Positions 37,801 through 47,612 of a stretch of DNA of 64,000 nt are shown one piece after another. Origin of the DNA: Elusimicrobiota bacterium. Its GTDB lineage: Bacteria > Elusimicrobiota > Elusimicrobia > F11. A model generated the notes under the pieces. That model did no database searches, was not told the origin of the DNA, and worked only from the letters and a program-made list of their open reading frames with translations. A program made the position numbers and the translations under genes. Each line of letters begins with the position of its first letter. Position 1 is the stretch's first letter. The stretch lies in the NCBI GenBank assembly GCA_044221725.1, contig JBGAON010000002.1:128001-192000 (forward strand). The letters run 5' to 3'.

Positions 37801-39601
37801 CCCGTGCCGCCTCGGCGCGCTGCGCTTCCCAGTCTTGCCGTTCCATTAATAAGGAATGTTCTTTTTCGGCGTACGAACGTTCGTGTTCCTTCTTTAATGC
37901 CGAGAGTGTGCGTTCGCGCTGCTCTTCGTTCTGTTTGAACGTCGATTCGAGCAGATGGCCGCGCTCGGCCAGCTGCGTTTCGAGTTGATGGGTTTGTTTT
38001 TGGTATTCGGCATTGAGTTTTGCTTCAAAATCTCGGTGTTCCTGAAGCGCTTTCTCTCGAAGATTGGATTCGAGCGCCGCCACGGAAGATTGCAGCGTTG
38101 CCTCTTTGCGTTTCAGTTCCTCTGATTTGGCCTGGAATTCGGCTTCCAGCGCCGAAAGCTTCAAATTAAATTCTTCGGTTAACTTTTCTCGTAGCGTGCG
38201 CTCACTGGTGACCAAACGCTGTTTGTCGATTTCGCCTTTTGTCTCGAGCGCTTTGCGATCGGCTTCAAAGGCCTGTAGCGCACGCGCCTTTTCAGCGTCC
38301 CATTGTTGGCGGTCGAGATACAGGCGGTTCTCTTTGTCTTCGAAGATTTTTTCGAGCGAGATTTTGCGTTGGCGAAATTCGGTTTCACGTTCGGCATCTT
38401 TTTGAGCGGAGCGTTGGTCCCAATCCAGTTTCGTTTTCTCGAATGCCGACTCTTTGGCGTACCACGCATCTTTTAACTCGGTTTCTTTGCGGGCGAAGTC
38501 TTCGCTTAAGATTCGTTGTCTTTCCAGATGTTCTTGTAACAGCGCATGGCCACGGTCGATCAGCTCTTTTTCCATCGCCTGTTCTTTGACGGTCAGTTCA
38601 TGGAAACGGGCGGACGCTTCGCGTTGCGCGGTTTCACGCTCCACTTGCAGCGCTTCGATCGCTTTCTGTCGATCGGATTCGAAACGCGCACGGTCGGCGT
38701 CTGTCTCGGCGGTTTTTCGCTGCGCAATTTCTTCAATTGCTTGGCGACGCATGACGAGTTCCCGCTCGACACCGGCATTTTGCTCGGCCATCTGGCGGCG
38801 CTCTTTCTCAAAATCTCTTTGCAGTTCCCGGCGGCTCTGCTCAACTTCGAGCAACCACTGTCCGCGTTGTTTGTCGAGCTCGTCCTTCTTTGTTTGATAG
38901 CGGCGTTCGGCCTCTGCTTCGATCGAAGCGCGGTCTCGTTGCATTTGAAGACCGTATTGGTTTAGGCGTTCTTGGAGTTCGCGTTCCTTTTGCAGAATTT
39001 GGTCCTGCGCCATGGCGAGCCGAGTCGTGAAATCTTCTTGGAGCTGTTTGACCTTTTCGTTGTACATCCGCTGTATGTTCGGCTCAACGCCGACAAGCTT
39101 TTCACGAAGCGAAACAATTTCTTGCTCTTTCAGCCGCACGTGTTCGGCGAGTTCAAGCCGCTCGCGGTCAATGCGTGCCAATTCGTTTTCCGCTTTTTGT
39201 AGGTTTTCTTCTTGAAGCGACTTATGGCGGCCAAGTTGCAACAAATCGTGTTCGAGCCCGATCACTTTGTCTTGCAGTTGTTTCTTCGCATCGGCTTCTT
39301 GCGGTGCGAATTTTTTCCAGAGCTGCTCCATCGAGGCGCCCATGAGGCCGCGATATTCTTCGAGCAGCTGAGTGGTCTTTGCGGAAATTTCTTTTTCGTT
39401 TAGTGAGACCGTCGATTGATGAGCGAGTTCTTTTGAGAGGCGGGAGGATTCTTCTTCCTTGAGAATGAGTCGGTTTGACATCCGCTGGACTTCATCGTCC
39501 AATTGGCGGATTTTCTCGAGGGACCAGCGAAGGGCCAATTTCGCTGTGGACAAATCATTCACTTCTTCTGCTTGATAGTTCCTGATATCATCCGAGCTCA
39601 T
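34856..39601 (-). CDS. Very long E/K/Q/R-rich coiled-coil protein (~1581 aa)
   Basis: Almost devoid of Pro and Gly, heptad-like throughout, no TM or signal; ATG at 39601 preferred over the ORF-track start at 39694. Confidence 0.9.
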   Translation of the reverse strand: MSSDDIRNYQAEEVNDLSTAKLALRWSLEKIRQLDDEVQRMSNRLILKEEESSRLSKELAHQSTVSLNEKEISAKTTQLLEEYRGLMGASMEQLWKKFAPQEADAKKQLQDKVIGLEHDLLQLGRHKSLQEENLQKAENELARIDRERLELAEHVRLKEQEIVSLREKLVGVEPNIQRMYNEKVKQLQEDFTTRLAMAQDQILQKERELQERLNQYGLQMQRDRASIEAEAERRYQTKKDELDKQRGQWLLEVEQSRRELQRDFEKERRQMAEQNAGVERELVMRRQAIEEIAQRKTAETDADRARFESDRQKAIEALQVERETAQREASARFHELTVKEQAMEKELIDRGHALLQEHLERQRILSEDFARKETELKDAWYAKESAFEKTKLDWDQRSAQKDAERETEFRQRKISLEKIFEDKENRLYLDRQQWDAEKARALQAFEADRKALETKGEIDKQRLVTSERTLREKLTEEFNLKLSALEAEFQAKSEELKRKEATLQSSVAALESNLREKALQEHRDFEAKLNAEYQKQTHQLETQLAERGHLLESTFKQNEEQRERTLSALKKEHERSYAEKEHSLLMERQDWEAQRAEAARALEKERKTLDIEIQQKREALQKEQADVMSRIRQEKEMWDAQMKADQKKLQDMERQIQTKAEEEQKIWLDKTREDRDRLDLLEKDLMVKVENEKALLQQRAEEVSQRLELMETEAQRRMEEERVAQQAKVDAQYQQLANEERAFRDKMTREQARLQVRAEEALREQQADLEKTFHARRVELESKMALEESRRAMAVQEWNNQRDRAQIDLDNQRMIIEEAKAHFETFRKQKDQELLDKENELKFRLAQQERTLQDRFVEAEKVLLEKEAAKMAQLDKQADELLSQKQRMYETKFNDLEKDFGAKEAQLILEKQQWELAKSASLESLANERRMLQNKADVEKRRIEALEEELRAKAESEYRLMKEHQETDKQRVELIEKELREKAKVEQEVFGRFVADEKQRLALAESELRSKLASEKKDLEAQFEESFRRRTAEVEERLKRRTEELEQITEEERKQLARMYESKQAELERTYHEKQQLLAREQSDWEKRKAQLDSDLAAVKMKEEAMELRSRKEEERLAALERGLHAQFQQNKNAWEETMLRDTEQMEKFEKDLRARITMEQKNWEMKAEQSHRDLAKELEELWKKRATELEESAQQKEAEREKSFQDLKRALLVEVQEKEAELRGKQQALNQEKQDAFQRLAAERKAFEVSIEQERRHLSAISDEMRKKIEEEQRSMYQQMEETLRNRAAEQEQLWHERNTRSQKKLEEDEAARQKMIFEKQAALDQLEKRYKADLDRLEKENLARMQQVEQQKGRWGKEHEETLAALENAKLRAQEEADMLRESYRKKEEALLAALAQREKEFEGYKKSVEIEWPSRFENRVNEIAEKARKQMAEKEAEFATARQHWLEEATDMRMKLMARMNEVQASFTQKEEELQRKYLAKQHEMTVQVEKTMSEMQNKQLQLDNQKAEYDRLVEEGEVRKRELEEARKDLTKRVEVITQEFMRQQSIMDEQLRRVQNEKHELRTELENISQQTRKAA

Positions 39602-39721
39602 AATTGAGGCAAGGATAAGAGGAGTTTTCTTGAAAAACCATTTCTTTCTTAATTTGTTTTTAGAAGTATGAATTGGGTTGATTTTACGACGCAATCGGAG
39701 GCTTTTTTAGAGTGTTAATTT

Positions 39722-40363
39722 ATGTCGTTGCTCATTGAACAAGAGATTCCTTGCACGCATTGCCAATATCCGAACGAAGTGGAAGTTTGGTCGGCGATCA
39801 ATGTGAAAACAGACCCCGAGCTCAAAGATTTGTTGCTCGGCGGCGAGATTAATATGGCCGAATGCGCCTCGTGCAAAGAGATTTTCTACGCCGAGCACTT
39901 CCTTTTGTATCACGATCCCCAGTTTGAGCTGATGGCGTTTGTGTATCCTCACACGTACACCGACGAACGAGACCGCTGGAAGCAAAAAACCGCCGAGGAC
40001 TACGCTGCGTCGCAAAGCAATTTGCCGGAAAACGAAAGGTTATCGTACCCGCCCATCACGCTGTTCGGACTGGATCAGCTTGTTTTCCTTGTCGAAGATG
40101 AAGAGGAAAACGAAATTCAGGGAGAAATTATTACGCTCTACACGCCGGGCAACGGATTTAAAGTCCGCGCGTTGACGCACGCGGTGGCGCGGCAGCAGAA
40201 CATCCCACGGTTTGTTCCTTATCTTGAAACGAGCCAAGCTCCAACGCGAGATTCGGTGCTCGGTGCGCTCGAGAAGATTCGAGCCCTAAACGATCGTCTG
40301 TACGTTTACGGTAAATTTGAAGAGACGCTGCGCGGAAATCCGTCCTGGGGTCTTGCGAATTGA
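39722..40363 (+). CDS. CpXC domain zinc-ribbon protein
   Basis: CTHC...WSAINVKTDPELK..LLGGEIN..ECASC...LLYHDP. Confidence 0.85.
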   Translation: MSLLIEQEIPCTHCQYPNEVEVWSAINVKTDPELKDLLLGGEINMAECASCKEIFYAEHFLLYHDPQFELMAFVYPHTYTDERDRWKQKTAEDYAASQSNLPENERLSYPPITLFGLDQLVFLVEDEEENEIQGEIITLYTPGNGFKVRALTHAVARQQNIPRFVPYLETSQAPTRDSVLGALEKIRALNDRLYVYGKFEETLRGNPSWGLAN

Positions 40364-41280
40364 ATATTGCCGAACGACTTCGGCCGCATTTCGCTGTTGA
40401 AATCTGGTCTGTGTTCGAAGCGGTCGCCAAGATTGGAGACCGCCGACGGTTGAATGTGGCACTCGTTGGCGGTGTGATCCGCGATTTGTTGCTCGATCGT
40501 TCCATGGGCGATGCCGACATCATGGCCGAGCATCCTGCGAAGGAATTTGTCGCGGAACTTGCGATGGCGGTGGGGGCTTCCATTGTTTCTCATGAGCGCT
40601 TTTTCACGTTTACAATAACGCTGCCGTCCGGAAAGCATTTCGACATCGTCACCGCGCGGGAGGAGCGTTACGCGGCACCGGCCAAGTTGCCCGACGTGTC
40701 GCCCTCCACGATCGAAAGGGATCTCAAGCGGCGCGACTTCACAATAAATGCGATTGCGTGCCGGCTAAATGCGTCTTCGTTCGGCGAATTGTTGGATCCG
40801 TTTGATGGTCGGACCGACATGGAGCGCAAGGTCTTGCGCGCGCTGCACGAGAAGAGCTTTGTCGACGATCCCACGAGGATTTATCGGGCCGCGCGGTTTG
40901 CAGGGCGTCTCGGCTTTGTTCTTGAGAAAACCACCGAGCAATGGATTCGTGACGCGATCGCTGGGAAATTTCCAGATCTGTTGTCGCCCGTGCGCCGACG
41001 GCATGAGTTTCAAATGATCTTGAAAGAGAAGGATCCTCTTCCAGCGCTTTGGCTGCTTAAAGAATGGAATGCGCTGCGTTTGCTTCACAGTGATTTTGAC
41101 CGGTATGGGGACAAAGGAATACGTTTTGGAGCATCCACCGCGTTGGAGGACCGGCTCCTTGACTGGTTCGCGCCGTTTGGACGCGCGGCGGCCGAAAAGA
41201 TGATGGGCGATTTGCAGTTTGAGAAGGTGATGAAGTCGAAGATCTTGTCAAAACTTGTACAATCCTCGACGAACTCATGA
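40360..41280 (+). CDS. tRNA nucleotidyltransferase / poly(A) polymerase family protein
   Basis: LVGGVIRDLLL, DAD, DIVTAREERY, DLKRRDFTINA, SFVDDPTRIYRAARF. Confidence 0.9.
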   Translation: MNIAERLRPHFAVEIWSVFEAVAKIGDRRRLNVALVGGVIRDLLLDRSMGDADIMAEHPAKEFVAELAMAVGASIVSHERFFTFTITLPSGKHFDIVTAREERYAAPAKLPDVSPSTIERDLKRRDFTINAIACRLNASSFGELLDPFDGRTDMERKVLRALHEKSFVDDPTRIYRAARFAGRLGFVLEKTTEQWIRDAIAGKFPDLLSPVRRRHEFQMILKEKDPLPALWLLKEWNALRLLHSDFDRYGDKGIRFGASTALEDRLLDWFAPFGRAAAEKMMGDLQFEKVMKSKILSKLVQSSTNS

Positions 41281-41999
41281 GCTATCAGGTCAAAATCAAT
41301 ATTTTTGAAGGTCCGCTGGACCTTCTTTTGCATCTCATCCAGAAAAACGACCTCGATATTTACGACATTCCTATTTCGGACATCACGCAGGAATACCTGA
41401 ATTACCTCGACATGTTAAAAGATCTCAACTTGTCGGTGGCCGGAGAGTTTCTCGTGATGGCCGCCACGCTGATGCAGATCAAAGCGAAAACGCTTTTACC
41501 GGTGGACCCCACCAATGCCGAGAACGAGGGCCCGGATCCGCGCGCCGAGCTCGTTCAGAAACTCCTCGAATATCAGAAATTTAAAGAGGCGGCGCGTTTC
41601 CTGGCGCGCGGCTTCGAAGAACAGCGCGATGTGTTTTACCGCGGAGCTCCGATTTTTACGAAAGATGATCAAATGCTTGAGCTTTCAATGGGCAAATTGC
41701 TCGAGGCGTTCAAGGGTGTTCTCGAAACGGCCGAGGTCAGTGTTCGCGAGATTCTCGTTGAGGAAATTCCGGTGGAAGTTCGCATCCGCGAGATTTTGGA
41801 TGTTCTCGAATCAAAGTCGTTTGTCGCATTTTCGGAATTGTTTCCGTCCGGCTCACCGCGTAAGACGCTCGTCGTTACATTCCTCGCGCTGCTTGAACTC
41901 ATTCGTCTCAAGCAGGTTAATGTCTCCCAGCCATCGAATTTTGGTGAAATTCACATCAATCGCGTGAAAGACCGTGATTTCGAACTTCTGAAAAACTAG
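41277..41999 (+). CDS. scpA: Segregation and condensation protein A
   Basis: FEGPLDLLLHLI, EFLVMAATL..IK..LLP, VVTFLALLEL. Confidence 0.96.
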   Translation: MSYQVKINIFEGPLDLLLHLIQKNDLDIYDIPISDITQEYLNYLDMLKDLNLSVAGEFLVMAATLMQIKAKTLLPVDPTNAENEGPDPRAELVQKLLEYQKFKEAARFLARGFEEQRDVFYRGAPIFTKDDQMLELSMGKLLEAFKGVLETAEVSVREILVEEIPVEVRIREILDVLESKSFVAFSELFPSGSPRKTLVVTFLALLELIRLKQVNVSQPSNFGEIHINRVKDRDFELLKN

Positions 42000-42007
42000 A
42001 GGAATCC

Positions 42008-42700
42008 ATGGAAAAAGAACAAGCAAAAAAGATTATCGAAGCGTTGCTTTACATGGCGGATCACGCGTTGTCGCCCCATGAAATTTCCCAAGTGCTCGAA
42101 CAAAAAAGTTTTACCGAAGACATCGTTCGCGAAATGGTGAACGAAATTGCGCAACAGTACGATGCGAACGGTTCGCCGATTCGAATTGTCGAAGTCGCGG
42201 GCGGGTTTCAGGCGGCAACACGGCCTGACATGGCCCCTTGGATCCGCCGTATGTACAAAGAACGGCTTACGGTTCGGTTGTCTCCATCCTCGCTCGAGAC
42301 ATTGTCGATTATCGCGTACAAACAGCCGATCACGCGTGGTGATGTCGAACAAATCCGTGGCGTTGAAGCCTCTGGCGTGATGGAAACGCTGTTGGAACGC
42401 CGCCTCGTGAAAGTGGTCGGTCGCAAAGAAACGATTGGTCGCCCGCTGTTGTACGGAACCACAATTGAGTTTCTTCGGCACTTTGGTTTGAAGCATCTTT
42501 CCGAACTCCCCGATTTGAACACGATGGTTATTCCGGAATCGATTGCCGGTGAGATTGATCAGCAAGAACTCCCTCTGCCAATCGAGTCGGACGGCGTCGG
42601 TGCGGCGCCCGAAGAAGCGACGGCTGCCACGGCCGTTCTCGAGGCTCCCGCCCCGGATATTGCTTTGCCAGATGCTGAAACAAAGCCGGAATTGAACTGA
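42008..42700 (+). CDS. scpB: Segregation and condensation protein B
   Basis: IEALLY, LETLSIIAYKQPITR..VEQIRGV, GRPLLYGTT..FL..FGL..LSELP. Confidence 0.96.
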   Translation: MEKEQAKKIIEALLYMADHALSPHEISQVLEQKSFTEDIVREMVNEIAQQYDANGSPIRIVEVAGGFQAATRPDMAPWIRRMYKERLTVRLSPSSLETLSIIAYKQPITRGDVEQIRGVEASGVMETLLERRLVKVVGRKETIGRPLLYGTTIEFLRHFGLKHLSELPDLNTMVIPESIAGEIDQQELPLPIESDGVGAAPEEATAATAVLEAPAPDIALPDAETKPELN

Positions 42701-42701
42701 C

Positions 42702-43703
42702 ATGCCAGAACTTCGCCGCGACCCCGTTATTGGTCGTTGGGTCATTATCTCCACGTCTCGCGGAAAACGTCCGAGCAGTTTTGAGCCCGTTCAGGATTAT
42801 CAAGAAGGCGGAACCTGCCCGTTTTGCCCGGGCTCCGAAGACAAAACGCCGCCCGAGATCATGGCGTACTACAACACCGGTCGAGAAAAAAACAAAACGG
42901 GTTGGTGGGTGCGTGTGGTGCCAAACAAATTCCCAGCGCTCGAGATCGAGGGGGATTTGGACCGCGCCGGGGATGGCATGTACGACAAAATGAACGGCAT
43001 GGGCGCTCATGAAGTCATTATCGAAACGCCGAATCACGATCAGCCGATTCATCAGATGGAGTTAAAAAAGCTCGAAGATGTGTTTTGGGCGTTTCGTGAT
43101 CGTATTCTGGATCTGTCGAAAGATCCGCGGCTCGAATACATTCTCGTTTTCAAAAACCATGGCGCGGCTGCCGGCGCAAGCCTCAAGCATCCGCATTCGC
43201 AACTCATGGCGCTTCCCATGGTGCCGATCCGCGTGAAGCAGGAAGCGGCCGGCGCGAAGAGCTACTTCGAGCACAAAGAACGCTGCGTGTATTGCGATGT
43301 GATTCGCCAGGAGTCCGCTCAGCAAATTCGCGTGGTCGCGAAGAACAAGGATTTCATTGCGTTCGCTCCCTTCGCAAGCCGAGCGCCATTCGAAATGTGG
43401 GTTGTTCCACTGCGGCATTCGTCGGATTTTCAAGATATCTTGAAAACAGAAGTGACAGCGCTCGCGGAAATGATGAAACTGGTGCTTGGCAAACATAGCA
43501 TGGTGTTGGACAACCCGCCGTTTAATTACATTCTTCATACGGCGCCGCTGCGTTCCCAGAAACAACCGCACATGCACTGGTATATTGAGATCATCCCGAA
43601 GCTGACGAAGCAAGCGGGTTTTGAGCAAGGCACGGGTTTCTACATTAACCCAATGCCGCCGGAAGAAGCCGCGAAATTTCTCAGAGAAGCAACTCTTTCC
43701 TAA
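42702..43703 (+). CDS. galT: Galactose-1-phosphate uridylyltransferase family protein
   Basis: ELRRDP, CPFCPG.E, VVPNKFPAL, FKNHG..AGASL.HPHSQ. Confidence 0.92.
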   Translation: MPELRRDPVIGRWVIISTSRGKRPSSFEPVQDYQEGGTCPFCPGSEDKTPPEIMAYYNTGREKNKTGWWVRVVPNKFPALEIEGDLDRAGDGMYDKMNGMGAHEVIIETPNHDQPIHQMELKKLEDVFWAFRDRILDLSKDPRLEYILVFKNHGAAAGASLKHPHSQLMALPMVPIRVKQEAAGAKSYFEHKERCVYCDVIRQESAQQIRVVAKNKDFIAFAPFASRAPFEMWVVPLRHSSDFQDILKTEVTALAEMMKLVLGKHSMVLDNPPFNYILHTAPLRSQKQPHMHWYIEIIPKLTKQAGFEQGTGFYINPMPPEEAAKFLREATLS

Positions 43704-43712
43704 AATATTTCC

Positions 43713-45161
43713 ATGAAAATTCTCTTCGCGGCGAGTGAAGGGGTTCCTTTTTGTAAGACGGGCGGTTTGGCGGATGTGGTGGGCGCGTTGCCCGATGTTC
43801 TCGCGGCCAAGCGTCACACCGTGCGGTTGTTCTTGCCGCTTTACCGTGATGTGCGGGAACGTTTTCCAAAAATAAAATTTATTGGCCGCACATTAAACCT
43901 GTCTTTTGATGGGCGCACCGAACCGGTTCAAATTTGGCAGGCCGATGTGCGCGCGAATTTCCGCGTCTATTTCGCCGGGTCTGCGACGTTCTTTGACCGG
44001 CCCGGAATTTATGGATCCCACCCCGGTACATCGTATCCGGACAACGACCGACGCTACGCGTTCTTTTCACGTGCGGTATTTGAAATGGCAAAAGCCGTCG
44101 ATTTCAAGCCCGATATTATTCATGCTCACGATTGGCAAACCGGTCTCATGATGGCGCATCAGAAATTTCATTATTCAAGTGACTCGTTCTTCGCTAAGAC
44201 TGCCACGTTATTCACCATTCACAACCTCGCGTATCAAGGGAATTTCCCCGCGCCTTCTTTTCACATGACCGGGTTGCCAGCGCGAGCCTATGAGCCGAAG
44301 GGGCTCGAGTTTTACGGAAAAGTAAGTTTTCTCAAGGCCGGCCTCGTATATTCGGATGCGATTAACACCGTAAGTCCCACCTACGCCAAAGAAATCAGTT
44401 CCGATCCGGTGTTCGGTTGCGGATTGGAAGGTGTGCTTCGCGAGCGCTCGGCCGATTTCCAAGGCATTGTGAACGGTATTGACGTGAAGTTTTGGAATCC
44501 AAAGACGGATCCGAATTTGGCGAGCGCGTTCGATCGCGAGAACGTGGAGCCGCGTTTGCGGTGCAAGCATGACTTGCAACGTCTAGCGGGTTTGAACGAA
44601 GAACCAAACACGCCGCTGTTGGCTTTCATTGGACGACTGGACCACCAAAAAGGAATTGATCTGCTGATCGAAACGCTTCCCGCGGTGCTCAAGAAGGGGG
44701 CTCAATTTGTGAGTCTCGGCCAAGGCAACATTCAATATCAAAAAGATTTGCAGCAGCTTCAACGCATGTATCCAGCGCAGGTGTACGTGAAAACCGATTT
44801 CGCCGAGCCGTTCGCGCACAAAATTTACGCCGGAGCGGACATTTTTCTCATGCCGTCGCGCTTTGAGCCTTGTGGGTTGGGGCAAATGATTGCGATGCGC
44901 TATGGGGCGGTGCCGGTGGTTACACCCACCGGTGGCTTGGTTGATACGGTCATCGATTCAGGAAAATCCCCGTCGGGTACGGGCTTTGTGGCCGCGGATC
45001 TCACGGCCGGAGCTTTTTTGACGGCCATGCGGACAGCGGTTGAAAAATGGGCGAACAAAACCGAGTGGCGCAGTCTCCAACAGCAGGGAATGAGTCAAGA
45101 TTTCTCATGGCGACATTCGGTGAAAGACTATTTGATGCTTTACGAGAGCATCTTGAAGTGA
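43713..45161 (+). CDS. glgA: Glycogen synthase
   Basis: KTGGLADV, HAHDWQTG, TIHNLAYQG, MPSRFEPCGLGQM. Confidence 0.97.
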   Translation: MKILFAASEGVPFCKTGGLADVVGALPDVLAAKRHTVRLFLPLYRDVRERFPKIKFIGRTLNLSFDGRTEPVQIWQADVRANFRVYFAGSATFFDRPGIYGSHPGTSYPDNDRRYAFFSRAVFEMAKAVDFKPDIIHAHDWQTGLMMAHQKFHYSSDSFFAKTATLFTIHNLAYQGNFPAPSFHMTGLPARAYEPKGLEFYGKVSFLKAGLVYSDAINTVSPTYAKEISSDPVFGCGLEGVLRERSADFQGIVNGIDVKFWNPKTDPNLASAFDRENVEPRLRCKHDLQRLAGLNEEPNTPLLAFIGRLDHQKGIDLLIETLPAVLKKGAQFVSLGQGNIQYQKDLQQLQRMYPAQVYVKTDFAEPFAHKIYAGADIFLMPSRFEPCGLGQMIAMRYGAVPVVTPTGGLVDTVIDSGKSPSGTGFVAADLTAGAFLTAMRTAVEKWANKTEWRSLQQQGMSQDFSWRHSVKDYLMLYESILK

Positions 45162-46561
45162 GAACCAACAAACTTTTCGTCGCCTCGCATATCGTTCTTC
45201 TTGTTTTATTGGCGAGCGTTTGGCGAAACCTCCAAACCAAAACAACTGCCGAACATCGCGATAGGAGCGTTTCCTGGGCCGCCGATTGGGAAGATGTCAC
45301 CGCCTTTCATGCCTCTCTCGAAACGCTGCCGGTGACCATAATAATGATGTCGACGGAAAGTCGGGAATCGGATGAAAAGCTGGTGCGAGCCGCGGGCCTT
45401 CGTGTTCTTTGGCGACTGGACGATGCCATTCACCCGGACGTTTTTTTAAACCGATTTCACGACGGCGACGGCGTTTTTATTGCGGGGGAGCATGTGCTCG
45501 AACATCCGCAATTGCTTCGAGAGCTGCCATCGCGACTTACCGCATTAAAGGGATTCCTCTCGGTAATGGAATTTGTGCCGAACCGGCTTCTGTCGGTTCT
45601 TGCGCAACAGGTGCCCGCGAGCATGGTCAAAAGTCACACGTTGTCCACTCGAGAAATACTCGTTTCGAATCCATCCTTGTGGAGAGCTCGGTTGGTTCGA
45701 GCCGTCGATGAACGTTGGGTGAGGCTTGTCGTGTTCCGGTTCTGCCCCAATTGGACGGTGGAGGAAAACGTGAAGTTTGTGCGCTCGGTTCAGGAAAACT
45801 TAAGTCGAAAGGGTTTTGCGGTGGCTGCCCCGGTACCGTTTCAGAGTTGGCACACGTCGACCGGCGGCGCTCGTCGACTGATCATTCTGGTTTTTGCGAT
45901 ATTAATTCCGGTTATTTCCATTCAATGGGCCCAACAAACCAAACTTTCGACGATTCCGACTTTTTTATTTGTTTGCTTGGCCAGCGTGTTAATGGGCGCC
46001 GTTGTTCACGGAAGCGGGGCGGTTCCAATGGCAATTCTTGGCGTGCATCCGGCGCGGGGCGTGAAATTGCAACTCGTCGCACCGCTCATGCTCGGGTTGA
46101 TTCTTTTTATTTCAAAGTTCAGCGGGAGAGATTTCCTCGAAACCGAAGTGAAAGTGAAGCATTTGCTCGCGGTCGGTGCGAGCGCGGTTGTTTTGCTGGG
46201 CCTTTATCTTATGCGCAGCGGAAATTTCCCGATGATTCCCGTCACCGGCTCCGAACGCGGCTTTCGAGATTGGCTGGATCATATTTTGTGGGTTCGCCCG
46301 CGGTTTAAAGAAGCTTTTTTCGGTCATCCGCTGTTTCTGCTCGGATTGTGGATTCGCGGAAAAGGCATGCCCGATTTTCTTGTGTCCCTTTTCCTCTGGT
46401 TGGGACTGATCGGACAGGTCTCGATTATTAATACGTTTTCGCATGTCTACGCGCCAATCGAAATGAGTCTTGTTCGAACGTTTCATGGCATGTGGATTGG
46501 TCTGCTGTTGTCAGCGCCTTTGATTCTCCTGGCGACGCGTTTGAACCGAGGCGCCCGGTGA
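45158..46561 (+). CDS. DUF5693-like membrane protein (CsaB-associated)
   Basis: RAVDER.VR, RGVK, Y.MRSGN, RPRFKE.FFGHP, IGQVSIINTFSH; directly upstream of csaB; GTG overlaps the glgA stop. Confidence 0.75.
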   Translation: MRTNKLFVASHIVLLVLLASVWRNLQTKTTAEHRDRSVSWAADWEDVTAFHASLETLPVTIIMMSTESRESDEKLVRAAGLRVLWRLDDAIHPDVFLNRFHDGDGVFIAGEHVLEHPQLLRELPSRLTALKGFLSVMEFVPNRLLSVLAQQVPASMVKSHTLSTREILVSNPSLWRARLVRAVDERWVRLVVFRFCPNWTVEENVKFVRSVQENLSRKGFAVAAPVPFQSWHTSTGGARRLIILVFAILIPVISIQWAQQTKLSTIPTFLFVCLASVLMGAVVHGSGAVPMAILGVHPARGVKLQLVAPLMLGLILFISKFSGRDFLETEVKVKHLLAVGASAVVLLGLYLMRSGNFPMIPVTGSERGFRDWLDHILWVRPRFKEAFFGHPLFLLGLWIRGKGMPDFLVSLFLWLGLIGQVSIINTFSHVYAPIEMSLVRTFHGMWIGLLLSAPLILLATRLNRGAR

Positions 46562-47592
46562 AGATTTTGATTTCCGGATACTACGGGTTCGGAAACCTCG
46601 GCGACGAATTGATTTTGTCGTCGATCATTCTGCAGTTGCGTGAACGCTATGGTCAGCCAGCGATTACGGTACTTTCTCAAAATCCCGAAGACACAATGTC
46701 CACGCACGGTATTAAAGCGGTTTCGCGGTGGAACCCTTTTGTTGTGATTCGCGAGATCTGGCGGAACGATGTGTTCCTTTTGGGGGGAGGAGGATTGCTG
46801 CAAAATGCGACCTCTTCGCGGTCCCTCCTATATTATATGGCGCTAATTGCGGCCGCTCGGTTGTTGCGGTGTCCGACCGTTTTGTTTGCAATGGGCGTTG
46901 AATCCGTTCACGGCCGACTGATTCGGTGGCTTCTCGGGAAAGTTCTCACGGGTGAGAATATCAAGATCACGGTTCGGGACGATGGTTCGAAAGCGATTCT
47001 GAAACAAGTTGGAATCGATCCTTCCAAGATTCATGTGACGGCGGATCCCGTGTTTGCGCGCCCGGTCAGCGCGACACCAAAAGATCGTTACTCGGTGGGC
47101 GCGTCGGCGCTGCTCATCCCGCGATTTCCGTGCCCCGCTATCGGACGACGCCTTTTTGCGATTGCGGGGCGAATCTTGAAAGACGAAAAGAAAATTCGTG
47201 TGCGTGGACTTTTGTTTCAGCCGCAGATCGAAAAAGATTTTCTTAGGCGTTTTGATGGCGAGTCGATTCTTTCCGAACAAGATTTTTTTGGCGATCTCAC
47301 ATTGGAGGACATGGTCAACCAAATACCGCAACACGATTGGATTATTAGCGCGCGGTTCCATGGACTTGTGTTGGCCGCGTTGGCCGGTAAGCCGTTCATC
47401 GGTGTCGGAGATGCCCATAAAGTCGGACGTATTTGCGATCTTATGCGCATGCCGTTTTTGCCGTGGCACGCTTCCGAAGAGGAAATCGTCGCGGCGATCG
47501 ATCGCCTCGCGCGAAAAAACGGTGATGTGCAGCGCGCGGTGGTCGCTCAGTTGCGTTCCTCCGCGCTTCAAACAACCCTCCACGTCGGATAA
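46558..47592 (+). CDS. csaB: Polysaccharide pyruvyl transferase
   Basis: ISGYYGFGNLGDE, GGGGLLQN.TS.RSL.YY, ITVRD..S, TADP, RFHG. Confidence 0.9.
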   Translation: MKILISGYYGFGNLGDELILSSIILQLRERYGQPAITVLSQNPEDTMSTHGIKAVSRWNPFVVIREIWRNDVFLLGGGGLLQNATSSRSLLYYMALIAAARLLRCPTVLFAMGVESVHGRLIRWLLGKVLTGENIKITVRDDGSKAILKQVGIDPSKIHVTADPVFARPVSATPKDRYSVGASALLIPRFPCPAIGRRLFAIAGRILKDEKKIRVRGLLFQPQIEKDFLRRFDGESILSEQDFFGDLTLEDMVNQIPQHDWIISARFHGLVLAALAGKPFIGVGDAHKVGRICDLMRMPFLPWHASEEEIVAAIDRLARKNGDVQRAVVAQLRSSALQTTLHVG

Positions 47593-47612
47593 TCTTGTAA
47601 ACTCCGCCACGC

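Noticed and set aside
34856..39601. SMC ATPase partner for scpAB
   Set aside because: No Walker A/B, signature motif or hinge
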